Position numbers and translations under genes: made by a program. Positions 50,643 to 61,446 of a stretch of DNA of 64,000 bases are shown here, piece by piece. Where the stretch lies: the NCBI RefSeq assembly GCF_006345805.1, contig NC_043021.1:11966001-12030000 (forward strand), given 5' to 3'. Positions within the stretch are counted from its first letter, which is position 1. Each line of letters starts with the position of its first letter. The notes under the pieces are model-generated. The model saw only the letters and a list, made by a program, of their open reading frames with translations. It had not been told where the DNA came from and ran no database searches. Origin of the DNA: Octopus sinensis. Its lineage: Eukaryota.

Positions 50643-50822
50643 GGTCTCATTTGAATTCCCTACATCTACTTCTGACGAAGAGGGCTGACGTTGCTACTAT
50701 TGATTCCCGGTTCCTCACTGACTTTTTCAGCCAACATCCTCACTACAAGAAAGAGCTCAAAGTGATGACCACTCTTGGTCCCATGCCGGTTAACCCGTTA
50801 GTATTTAGGAAAACATTACCTT
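50643..50822 (+). CDS. PhnD-like protein, coding exon 4 (G-SHLNSLHLLLTKRADVATIDSRFLTDFFSQHPHYKKELKVMTTLGPMPVNPLVFRKTLP-t)
   Basis: Acceptor tttaactttcag at 50642, donor t|gtaagt at 50823; phases 1/1. 'GSH..S...L....ADVA' and 'MPVNPLVFR' match the 'G.H......V..G..D.A' and 'IP.DP.V.R' segments of PhnD-type proteins. Confidence 0.92.
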
Positions 50823-52113
50823 GTAAGTGATTTTTCTTTTTTCATGTTCAAATTATTTTGTAAATCTTGCAAAAAAAAAAATAATAATACATGTCGCCCT
50901 TTTCAAGCCTAGCCAGGCTCATGGGCCCAGTTTCCCGGTTTCTGTGGCATATGTGTTCCCCACAGCTGGACAGGACGCCAGTCCATAGCAGCATTACTCA
51001 AGAAACAGGAAGAGAGAGTGAGAGAAAGTTGGGGCAAAAGAGTACAACAGGAGTCGCCACAACCCCCTGCCGGAGCCTCGTGGATCTTTTAGGTGTTTTT
51101 GTTCCATAAGTACACGCAACACCCGGTCTGGGAATCAAAACCACGATCCTTCAACTGCAAGTTCCCCACAGCTGGATGGGACGTCAGTTCATAGCAGCAT
51201 TACTCAAGAAACAGGAAGAGAGAGTGAGAGAAAGTTGGGGCAAAAGAGTACAACAGGGGTCGCCACCACCCCCTGCCGGAGCCTCGTGGATCTTTTAGGT
51301 GTTTTTGCTCCATAAGTACACACAACGCCCGGTCTGGGAATCGAAACCATGATCCTCCAACCGCAAGTCCACTGCCCTAACCACTGGGCCGTTGCGCCTC
51401 CACTTACAAGGCAAACAAAATGATTTTTTTGTATAAAGGAAGGAGACAGGACCTGTCTTATGAAGAACGAATACATACATAGGTGGATTAGAGATATTTG
51501 ACAGGATGAGAGCTATTCAGCAGAACAAGAGCTATTTGACAGGATGATAGCTATTTGACTGGATAATATCAAGAGGGTTTCATAAGTTTTTTTCATTCAG
51601 AAGTTATCTGTGAATCTGGGGAAAAAATTTGTCTGAATTTCTTGGAAGCTGTTATTGTTTAACCCCAGGACAAATCTGATCAAGCAGTCTTAAGCTCAAA
51701 AAACATTCCAGCTATGACCATTCCATCTTCTTTTTTTTTTTATAAACAAAAATTCTGAGTTGAAATTTTGAGGCTGATTTGGCTGCTATTTCTAGCTGAC
51801 CAAGCAATGATGTCAAGACCTGTTGCTGGATCCATAGATTGATGAAAGCATTGTTTGTTTTGAATTCATTATATCAATAACTTCAGTCATTGGTAACATC
51901 CTACCCCCTGGCTTATTTATTTATTTATCTATTCTTTAATAAGATGCTTGCTATGTGGCTGTTAATTGCATTAATGGCTCTCTAGAACTAATGGATCAGT
52001 TGTACGTTGGGGAAACCGGCGTCTAGGATGTGGGACAAAGAAAATCAGGGAACTACTGCCGCTACTGCTTCTACTACTAAGTAACCAAGTTATCACCACC
52101 ACCACCACCATAT

Positions 52114-52189
<76 letters not shown>

Positions 52190-52409
52190 CTTTTCTAATC
52201 TAGGCACAAGGCCCAAAATTTTGGGGGAGGGGGGCCAGTCGATAAGATCTACCCCAGTATGCAACTGGTTATCGACCCGAAAGGATGAAGGGCAAAGTCG
52301 ACCTCGGCGGAATTTGAACTCAGAATATAAAGACACACGAAATACTGCTAAGCATTTCGCCCGGTGTGCTAACGATTCTGCCAGCTCGTCGCCTTAATAA
52401 TAATAATGA

Positions 52410-52443
<34 letters not shown>

Positions 52444-52967
52444 GGTGGTGGTGGTGGTGGTGGTGGTGGTGGTGGTGGTGGTGATGATGATGATGATGAT
52501 TGCCCTGATGCAGTACCAGGCAGTGGCTCTCATGGCTTTTGATCTTAACTGATTGGAAGTGTTATCATGTACTGGACCCCACCTACAAAGTCATACACAG
52601 TTAATCTTGATATGAGATCACCATGTTGTGCACATATGGTTGTCATGTATGTGCCTGATGTACCCTTATCAGAAAGGTAGTCATGATGGGTATACTGGTC
52701 TTTGTATATTTTACCCCAGTGTCACTTTGGTAGCATGCACTGCTCTCTCACTCAACAACAACAACAATAATAATAATAATAATCCTTTCTACTGAAAGCA
52801 CAAGGCCTCAAATTTGGGGGAAGGGATTAAGTCAATTACATCGACCCAGCATGTAACTGGTACTTATTTAATTGACCCCAAAAGGATGAAAGACAAAGTT
52901 GACCTTGGCAGAATTTGAACTCAGAATGTAGCGATGAGCATGCTAACGATTCTGCCAGCTTGCTGCC

Positions 52968-53002
<35 letters not shown>

Positions 53003-53985
53003 TTCATTTATTTGCCATAAAGGTGAAGGATGATGGGGACAATACAAAGACACATAAAATGTGGGGGTTTACATATAATGAAATGATTAAAAAAAGGAAA
53101 GAGAGAGAGAAATTAAGTACACACGGTATACACTGAAAAAGAAGGGATATATGCATAGCATACAAAGGTTTAAAAAAAGTGGCAGGGAGGATGATAGAGA
53201 TGTGGCCCTCTTGATACAGGAAGGCCTTTAGGGATAACCGAAGAACCCCACTGTCTGAGATTTCCCTAAAACCCCAGAGCAAGTGCCCTCTCCAATTCCG
53301 TTTCTCTGACTCATAGGTCTTCACTTAGAGATGTGACCCTCCTGATACAGAAAGGCCTCTAGGGATGATCGAGGAACCCCACTGTCCGAGATTTCCCCGA
53401 AACCCCAAGAGCAGATGCCTTCTCCAACTCCTTCTCTCAGACTCACAGGTCTACACTTAGAGAAGTACCATCCACTCTTGCCATTTTCGCAGCTTTCACC
53501 CACCTTTCAATAAACTCACTCAAGCACAGCACTTCCCTCTTCCCTCTCAATTTCCTTTACAAGTGAAACTTGAAGAAGTCAATGAGAGCTCTACGAAAGA
53601 GGAATGTATCTGTCCTCATGCTTTTCAGCCTTGTCCACCAAACAACTCCTTTTGTCACAGCCACCAGGCAAAGGAAAACTGCCTTGCCTACCCGACTGAA
53701 AGAAGGTGGTGGTGCGATCATCGCTACAGACTCAGTCGACAGACGGATCCGTCCCTCACATGACAGCAGTGTTGTTCGACATAACCCCACAAGTCAGCAA
53801 TACCCGGACACTGAACAAAGGCATGTAGAAGGGTTTCATCACTCTGCACGCACCTTGGACAAGCCCGTCTGACAGCACATCCGTGCCTGTAGTGTTTCTC
53901 CGGAACCGGTAGCACTGCCAGGCCAAGAACATCCAGAAATTATCAAAGATAGTTCCCGACCAGGATCTCCTCTGGAGGCATAAGG
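53003..53985 (-). mobile_element. 5'-truncated Tx1/L1-clade LINE (zf-RVT domain, C-terminus and 3' UTR with a 131-bp tandem duplication)
   Basis: LPV..K.YRHG...CPRC.QSDETLLHAFVQCP.IADLW (CCHC zf-RVT) and a downstream frame ending VVWWTRLK..; the 3' end abuts (TAA)n at about 52968-53002. Confidence 0.88.
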
Positions 53986-54159
53986 TCTGAAATTGTGGGG
54001 GAGGTGGGGGGGTTAGTCGATTACATCGACCCCAAGTTCGTAACTGGTACTTATTTCATCAACCCCGAAAGGATGAAAGGCAGAGTCGACCTCGGTGGAA
54101 TTTGAATTTGGAATGTAAAGCTGGAAGAAATGCTACTAACAATTCTGCCAGCTCACCAC

Positions 54160-54216
54160 CTCACTCCTTCTCCTCCTCCTCCTCTTCCTACTACTACTAC
54201 TACTACTACTACTACA

Positions 54217-54248
<32 letters not shown>

Positions 54249-54512
54249 AAGTTATTACTGCATCTACAATTACTGCTAGCTTGCTACTACTAGTTGCTTA
54301 CTGCTGCTGCTACTACAATTGCTACTGCTGCTGATGCTACTACTACTACTACTACTGCTACTGCTGTTACTACTACTACTACTACTAGTATTACTGCTGC
54401 TGCTACTACTGCTGCTACTGATACTACTACTACTACTACTACTGCTATTACTGCTGCTGCTGCTGCTACTACTACTACTACTACTACTAGTATTACTACT
54501 GCTGCTGCTGCA
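54160..54512. repeat. Compound trinucleotide tract (CTC/CTA/CTG)
   Basis: Directly visible; source of the poly-S/T/L/V ORFs. Confidence 0.97.
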
Positions 54513-55132
54513 AGTGGCAACAAAAGCTTTCCCCCTCACCCCCGCTCTCTCCATCCAGATAAAAACGAGTTACTCAATGTCTGCTGTTATAGTTGCCGGA
54601 ATGTAGAAGGATCCACAGAGGAACAAAGTTATTTGCAGTGCATTGTTGGGTGGGCTAGGGTGGGGGAAGGGGGGAGGGGAGGAGGAGGAGGATTTAATTT
54701 AGAAGAAAGCTTGATTGTTTGTGTGCATTGCATGAGCGGTTAAGTACGGAAGGAATTGGCTGACGACCAGTCGATGTCTGAAGACGGGACATCCAAAGAC
54801 AGATGGACGGACAGACCCTGTTACATTGTGTGATGCGATTTTTGTCCTTGGGGAGCGACTGTTATCTCCTGTTTGCTTATCCTTAGAAAGTATGAAAAAG
54901 GGTTAATGTTTCCTTCAAACTTTGCTTTTGTTCTGATATTTAATTCGAATCCCAAAGAAACCCTCTCGACACCTGGTTGTGATGCTCCCCCCCCCCCACT
55001 ACTCTCCTGCTCATGATCAGAGGTGCACATATTGTCGGCCACCAAGGGACATGCTGAAGTTGTTACGGTCAAACAACTGAAAAGCAAATCTGTGGTATTG
55101 AGTAGAATATTTGCTATAATATTTCTTCTTTA

Positions 55133-55722
55133 AGGCGTCGAGCTGGCAGAAACGTTAGCACGCCGGGCGAAAAGCTTAGCGGTATTTCGTCTGCCGTTAC
55201 GTTCTGAGTTCAAATTCCACTGAGGTCGACTTTGCCTTTCATCCTTTCGGGGTCGATAAATTAAGTACCAGTTACGCACTGGGGTCAATGTAATCGACTT
55301 AATCCGTTTGTCTGTCCTTGTTTGTCCTCTCTGTGTTTAGCCCCTTGTGGGTAGTAAAGAAATAGGTATTTCGTCTGCCGTTACGTTCTAAGTTCAAATT
55401 CCGCCGAGGTCGACTTTGCCTTTCATCCTTTCGGGGTCGATAAATTAAGTACCAGTTACGCACTGGGGGGTCAATGTAATCGACTTAATCCGTTTATCTG
55501 TCCTTGTTTGTCCTCTCTGTGTTTAGCCCCTTGTGGGTAGTAAAGAAATAGGTATTTCGTCTACCTTTATGTTCTGAGTTCAAATTCCGCTGAGGTCGAC
55601 TTTGCCTTTCATTCTTTCGGGGTCGATAAATTAAGTACCAGTTACGCACTGGGGATCGATGTAATCGACTTAATACCTTTGTCTGTCCCTTCTATGTGTA
55701 GCCCCTTGTTGGCAATAAAGGA
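55133..55722 (+). mobile_element. SINE family A with three tandem bodies
   Basis: One head, then ggtatttcg body starts at 55181, 55365 and 55551 (184/186-bp period). Confidence 0.92.
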
Positions 55723-55839
55723 ATAGATATTTCTTCTTCAGCAGCTCAATATTGAATCTGTTTGAAACGCAATGATCCGTTTCTATGATGGTATCTTGGT
55801 TAGCTTGTGAACTTTTCAGCTGACACTCATACTTTGTAC

Positions 55840-55959
55840 TTTGATCAAAAGAGTCAGCAGCAGCAGCAGATATGGCATCATCATCACTGCAATACTGGTT
55901 CCCAGCCAAATGTTTTTTCATGTCGGGGCACAGATGATAGTCAGTTGGGGCCAAATCAA
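55840..55959 (-). mobile_element. Mariner transposase fragment
   Basis: LDLAPTDYHLCPDMKKHLAGNQYCSDDD matches 'PDLAPSDYHLF..MKK.L.G..Y.SD'. Confidence 0.8.
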
Positions 55960-57892
55960 GATGCTCCCCCACTACTCCTGCTCATGATCAGAGGTGCACA
56001 TATTGTCGGCTACCAAGGGACATGCTGAAGTTGTTACGGTCAAGCAACTGAAAAGCAAATCTGTAGTATTGAGTAGAATATTTGCTATAATATTTCTTCT
56101 TTAAGGCGGCGAGCTGGCAGAAACGTTAGTGCCTCGGGCGAAATGCTGATCAACCAGTTCAAAGTCAGTCATGCACAGCAGCCATTAAAACCATGGACTT
56201 TCTGGACTATACTCGAAAATTTACTGTATACCAATAATAATTGGGTGCTCTTGGTCTTGTAATTAAATAACTTACTGTCAGTCTGGATAAGCTTGGATTA
56301 TCAGAAAAAAAAAAATCAACCAGGTGATTTGCACATTACAAATTCAGTCTGTAAGTAGAACAGTAAAACTATGCAAGGCTTTTCTCAGGTTTAAAATGTG
56401 ACATTGTTTACATGGACTAAATTCCAACGATGGAGCTTTGTATCTTTGTCAGAAACCAGCTCCTTGTTTGAAAGAGGAATTTAAATAGTTAAATTCAGAA
56501 AAGAACATACATGTGTGTGTGTGTGTGTGTACAAGTAGATGTGTGAGTGTTACTGTTATGCTTATTAGAGCTCCACGTAGACTTTCACAATTCAGTCTGG
56601 TTTGTATGGAGTTGTTGGGTAACTTTTACACCAAGTAGTATTACCAGTTATGAACTACAGAGCAAATGTAGGTGAAATAAGGATAAGTACAGTTTTGTGT
56701 AATACTTCCTACACAGATTCCACCATTATGTGTGTCTATGTATGTATGTATGTATGTATGTATGTATGTATGTATGTATCTATCTATCTATCTATCTATC
56801 TACCTACCTACCTGTCTACTGAACTACCTCCCTCCTTCCCTCCCTCATTTTCTCCCTTCCTTCCTTCCTCCCTCCTTCCCTTTCTTTCTCCTTTCCTTTT
56901 TTGCAGCTTTCTGTTTAGAGGCCTACAAAACTTGAAGTAGCATGACACTGAATCAAATTGTTTTAAATAATACATGTAACTCCCACTAAATGTGTTGAAT
57001 ATCATTGTTTGTCAGACGAGAATCATCGGCTACAGATGCCGGAACTACCAGATCATGTGGTTTCACCCTGGTTAAGACTCCTCAGTGGCACACATTCATT
57101 AGCTATGAAACAGCTGAATCTCACAGTTCAATACTGCTTCTTTTGCTATCAAATGTGAAGGCACATGGCTCAGTGGTTAGTGTGTTGGGCTCACAATCAT
57201 GAGGTAATGAGTTCGATTCCCAGACCCGGCTATGTGTTGTGTTTTTGAGCAAGACACTTTATTTCATGTTGCTGCTGTTCACTCAGCTGTAGGAACAAGT
57301 TGCGACATCACTGGTACCAAGCTGTATCGGCCCCTTTGCCTTTCCCTTGGAGAACATCAGTGGCATGGAGAGGGGAGGCTGGTATGCATGGGAGATTGCT
57401 GGTCTTCTATAAACAACCTTGCTCGGACTTGTGCCTCAGAGAACTTACTAGATGCAATCCGATAGTCATTCTTGACCGAAGGGGATCTTTACTCTTTTTA
57501 CTGCTATTATTTTTTAAATAAGCCTGCTGGCTATTTGCAACATCGGTGCCTGAAAATACAGTGAAATTCTATATATCATTGACAGTGAGCTTTGGCTGAT
57601 ATGTCACTACCAGACGCCTACCACTGAAGAGACCATAGCAGGGTGAAATCAAGTGATCTGGTGATTGTAGCAGACGGCTCTCCTCTGTCAGTGATATAAA
57701 TATGAGTGCTTTTATGCACCATGACTTTGTATGAGTGGTTTTCTCTAGGTGTTTGTTGTTCTAACAGAACATTCACGTTAAGTGGGAGATAAAGATTGTC
57801 TTCTGGTATTAATACTATTTCTGTCACTATTAATTATATATGGGGGTGATATGTATGTGTGTATGTATATGTGTGTTGTGTGTGTGTATGTA

Positions 57893-58262
57893 TCTCTCTA
57901 TATATAAACGGCAGTTTGTCTGTGCGTGTTTCTGCGTGTCTGTTTGCTTGTACCCTCACCCTGACCACGGCTTTCAACCGATTCTGATGAAACTTGACAC
58001 ACACATAGCCCAATGTCATAATTCAAAACTAACGCAGCGAAAATTTTGAAAAGTTCCCCCAGTTCTGAAAAAAATCGATAAAATCGACATGGGGTCGAGA
58101 ATCAGAAACAAACCACAGACTGTCTAGGGGACGCAACTCAACCTTTTTTAACTCAAAAAAAAATTTACCATCATTTTTTGCTATTTTTTGGCTATAACTC
58201 TCTAAAAATGTTTTATAGTTATTTCCCTTACAAACCTGAGCAACGCCGGGCGATACTGCTAG
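57893..58262 (+). mobile_element. Non-autonomous Helitron
   Basis: A|TCtctctatatataaac ... gagcaacgccgggcgatactgCTAG|T. Confidence 0.9.
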
Positions 58263-58599
58263 TATATTTATATATGTGTGTATGCACGTATGTGTATAAG
58301 CATGTATGTGTGTGTATATTGTATGTGTTGTATACTTATGATGTGTGTATACTGTGTGTGTGTGTTTGTGTGTGTATGTGTTCTTATTTTTTAATTCTTT
58401 TACTTGTTTCGGTCATTTGACTGCAGCCATGCTGGAGCACCACCTTCAGTCAAACAAATCGACCCCAGGAATTATTCTTTGTAAGCCTAATACTTATTCT
58501 ATCGGTCTCTTTGGCCGAACCTCTAAGTTATGGGGGATGCAAACACCAGCATCAGTTGTCAAGCAATGGTGGGGGGGACAAACACAGGCACACACACAA

Positions 58600-58648
<49 letters not shown>

Positions 58649-58870
58649 TACATATATACGACAGGCTTCTTTCAGTTTCTGTCTACCAAATCCACTCACA
58701 AGGCTTTGGTCAGTCCGATGCTATAGTAGAAGACACTTGCCCAAGGTGCCACACAGTGGGACTGAACCCAGAACCATCTGGCTGGTAAGCAAGCTTCTTA
58801 CCACACAACCACTCCTCCACCTATATATATGTATGTATTTCAATTTTTTGTTTTTCGTTACTACTTTCAG

Positions 58871-59052
58871 CCGACGTGAAGAAAACCATAACGAAAGCCT
58901 TGTTAGAAATGCCTCAGAATCCTACTTGGAACCAAAAACTTCAAAATCTCCACATTGAAAATATGATAAGCATTGATTCGACTTTCTTCGATATGGAGAG
59001 GCTCTTACAAGAAAAAGTCAAAAATATACCATTAGTGCCGACCTATTATTAA
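58871..59052 (+). CDS. PhnD-like protein, terminal coding exon 5 (S-DVKKTITKALLEMPQNPTWNQKLQNLHIENMISIDSTFFDMERLLQEKVKNIPLVPTYY*)
   Basis: Acceptor ctactttcag at 58870; phase 1; TAA at 59050-59052. The exon lengths sum to 190+145+146+180+182 = 843 nt, i.e. 280 aa plus stop with no frameshift. 'DVKKTITKALLEM' fits the 'E.K.KI..ALL.M' helix of the family. Confidence 0.88.
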
Positions 59053-59348
59053 AGCAGCTTCCTCATACCATCTTTCTTTTTTTTTATTTTTTCTATATTT
59101 TTTTCCTTTTTTTTTCCCCCCACAATCTATATTTTTCCTGAATCTTCTTCCATGAGTAATAACAAAATTGCTTTAATTTATACATACACACACACACACA
59201 AACAGACATTGTGTGTGTGAAAAAATTAATACAAATGGTTTTTCTGATAATTTTTCCACTTTAATAATTAGATGTTTTTTAAGATATTAGGTGTTTACAA
59301 AATTTGGCTCTACTAGGAGCTTTCTTGCTTCAGAGCGCTAATTATTAA

Positions 59349-59568
59349 CCCTTTTAGCATGTAAACTGGCCATTTCTGGTCTAAATATTCTACCCATTTT
59401 CTGTTGAATCCGGCCAGATCTGACCTTTCAGGCCTGTCTTACAATGTCATTCTAAAGATAGACAATCACACCATTGAAATTTTGAAGCTACAAGGTAATA
59501 AATGGTTAATTCAAACAATGCGAATATATAAACATTACATTGGACAGAGTAATCTGAGTGCTAAAGGG
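59349..59568. mobile_element. piggyBac-like MITE (uninterrupted copy)
   Basis: ttaa|cccttttagca ... tgctaaaggg|tcaa (one TSD mutated). Confidence 0.75.
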
Positions 59569-60085
59569 TCAAAACAAAAATTATCAGGAAAGCCATTTCT
59601 CTTCATTTTCGCGAGTATATAATATGGTACCAAGGACTCTCTATTTCTTATTCTACTACACACACACAAACACACACACACACATACACACACGCACACA
59701 CACACACACACAAAGTTATATATAAAATCTCTCTCTTTTTTTTCCTTAATTTTTTCCCCCTTGATATGCAATTTGTATATTGATCTGCTATAATAATGAC
59801 AATGAGCTTCAGTTTTTAAATATCTCAAAACGGAGTCCAGTCACAATTGTCATAAACATCAAAAAAAGATAAAACTGCCCTCCTTATGTGTTTTTTTTTA
59901 TTATTATCTTTTATTTTTGTATTCAACTTATAAATTCAATAATATAAAAATTACGTAATTGCATTATCAGAAATAAATATATATTCTTAAGGAAAAAACT
60001 GTTCTCTTGTTCATTGTCTTTGAATTGTGTTTTGTGATGGTATCTAATTTGAGAAGAAACTTGGTACCACATGCATTAGTATATG

Positions 60086-60794
60086 CAGTGGCGGACTGGG
60101 TCTAAAAATATTGGTTGCTAGGAGATTAAGGGGGCCCACCCACAACTTCATCATCATCATTGTTTAACGTTCGCTTTCCATGCTAGCATGGGTTGGACGA
60201 TTTGACTGAGGTCTGGCAAACCAGAAGGCTGCACCAGACTCCAATCTAAACTGGCAGGGTTTCTACAGCTAGATGCCCTTCCTAACGCCAACCACTTTGA
60301 GAGTGTAGTGGGTGCTTTTACGTGCCACCGGCACGAGGGCCAGTCACGAGGTACTGGCAACGGCCACGCTCAAATGGTGCTTTTTATGTGCCACTTGCAC
60401 AGGAGCCAGTCCAGTGGCACTGGCAACGACCTCGCTCGAATGTTTTTTTCACATGCCACCAGCACAAGTGCTAGTAAGGCGATGCAGGTAACGCTTGAAT
60501 GGTGTTTTTAGCGTGCCATCAGCACAGAGGCCAGCTTGTTGCTCTGGCAACGATCTCACTCGTATGGTGCTCTTAGCGCTCCACTAGCACAGTCATCGAA
60601 TTTGATTTCTTAAGTTTTTTTTTATTCAGCCATGCTGAAATAATTAATACATTCTTCCAGGAGTGAATAAAAAATTCTCAAACTTGAGGGGATGGGTCCC
60701 TTAGATACTAACATGGGACCCTATATATGAATTTTAATGACACAGGGGCCCACTTGCCATCGGGCAAGCTGGCAACCTGGCCAGTCCACCACTG
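60086..60794. mobile_element. hAT MITE with a nested family-D SINE
   Basis: TIRs cagtggcggactgg / ccagtccaccactg; perfect 8-bp TSD agtatatg at 60078-60085 and 60795-60802. Confidence 0.93.
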
Positions 60795-60926
60795 AGTATA
60801 TGTATACATGAGGTAAGAAAGCATTAGTAGAGTCACCATGATGTTGTTATTGTTTACTATTGAGTCAACACTGATCAGTGTGTCATCTCAATATGACTAT
60901 TCTGTCCCCATTTTATCCTTTTGCAA

Positions 60927-61446
60927 GTGTGGTGTTAGTGGCGTTATGGGCTGTGATGAGCTATGTGGTGTTGGTGGAGGGATTGCGGATGAGGTAGAGG
61001 GAAGGGAAGACTGCAGGGGCCTGTGGCACAGCCACGGGGCATGCGTGGGCAGGAAGCACGTGTGGTCAGTTCAAGCGAAGACGGCAGCAAGCAAAGACGT
61101 GTGGTGTTAGTGGCGTTATGGGCTGTGATGAGCTATGTAGTGTTGGTGGAGGGATTGCAGATGAGGTAGAGGGAAGGGAAGACTGCAGGGACCTGTGGCA
61201 CAGCCACAGGGCATGCGGGGGCAGGAAGTACATGTGGTCAGTTCAAGCGAAGACGGCAGCGAGCAAAGACGTGTGGTGTTAGTGGCGTTATGGGCTGTGA
61301 TGAGCTATGTGGTGTTGGTGGAGGGATTGCAGATGAGGTAGAGGGAAGGGAAGACTGCAGGGACCTGTGGCACAGCCATGGAGCATGCGTGGGCAGGAAG
61401 CACGTGTGGTCAGTTCAAGCGAAGACGGCAGTGAGCAAAGACGTGT
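60927..61446. repeat. 172-bp tandem repeat x3
   Basis: gtgtggtgttagtggcg starts at 60927, 61099 and 61271. Confidence 0.97.

Noticed and set aside
30882-59052. Bacterial contamination as the source of the PhnD-like sequence
   Set aside because: The coding sequence is split by four long GT-AG introns filled with host-type SINEs and microsatellites.
59972-59977. AATAAA as the poly(A) signal of the PhnD-like gene
   Set aside because: The hexamer is common in AT-rich DNA; it cannot be assigned without 3'-end data.
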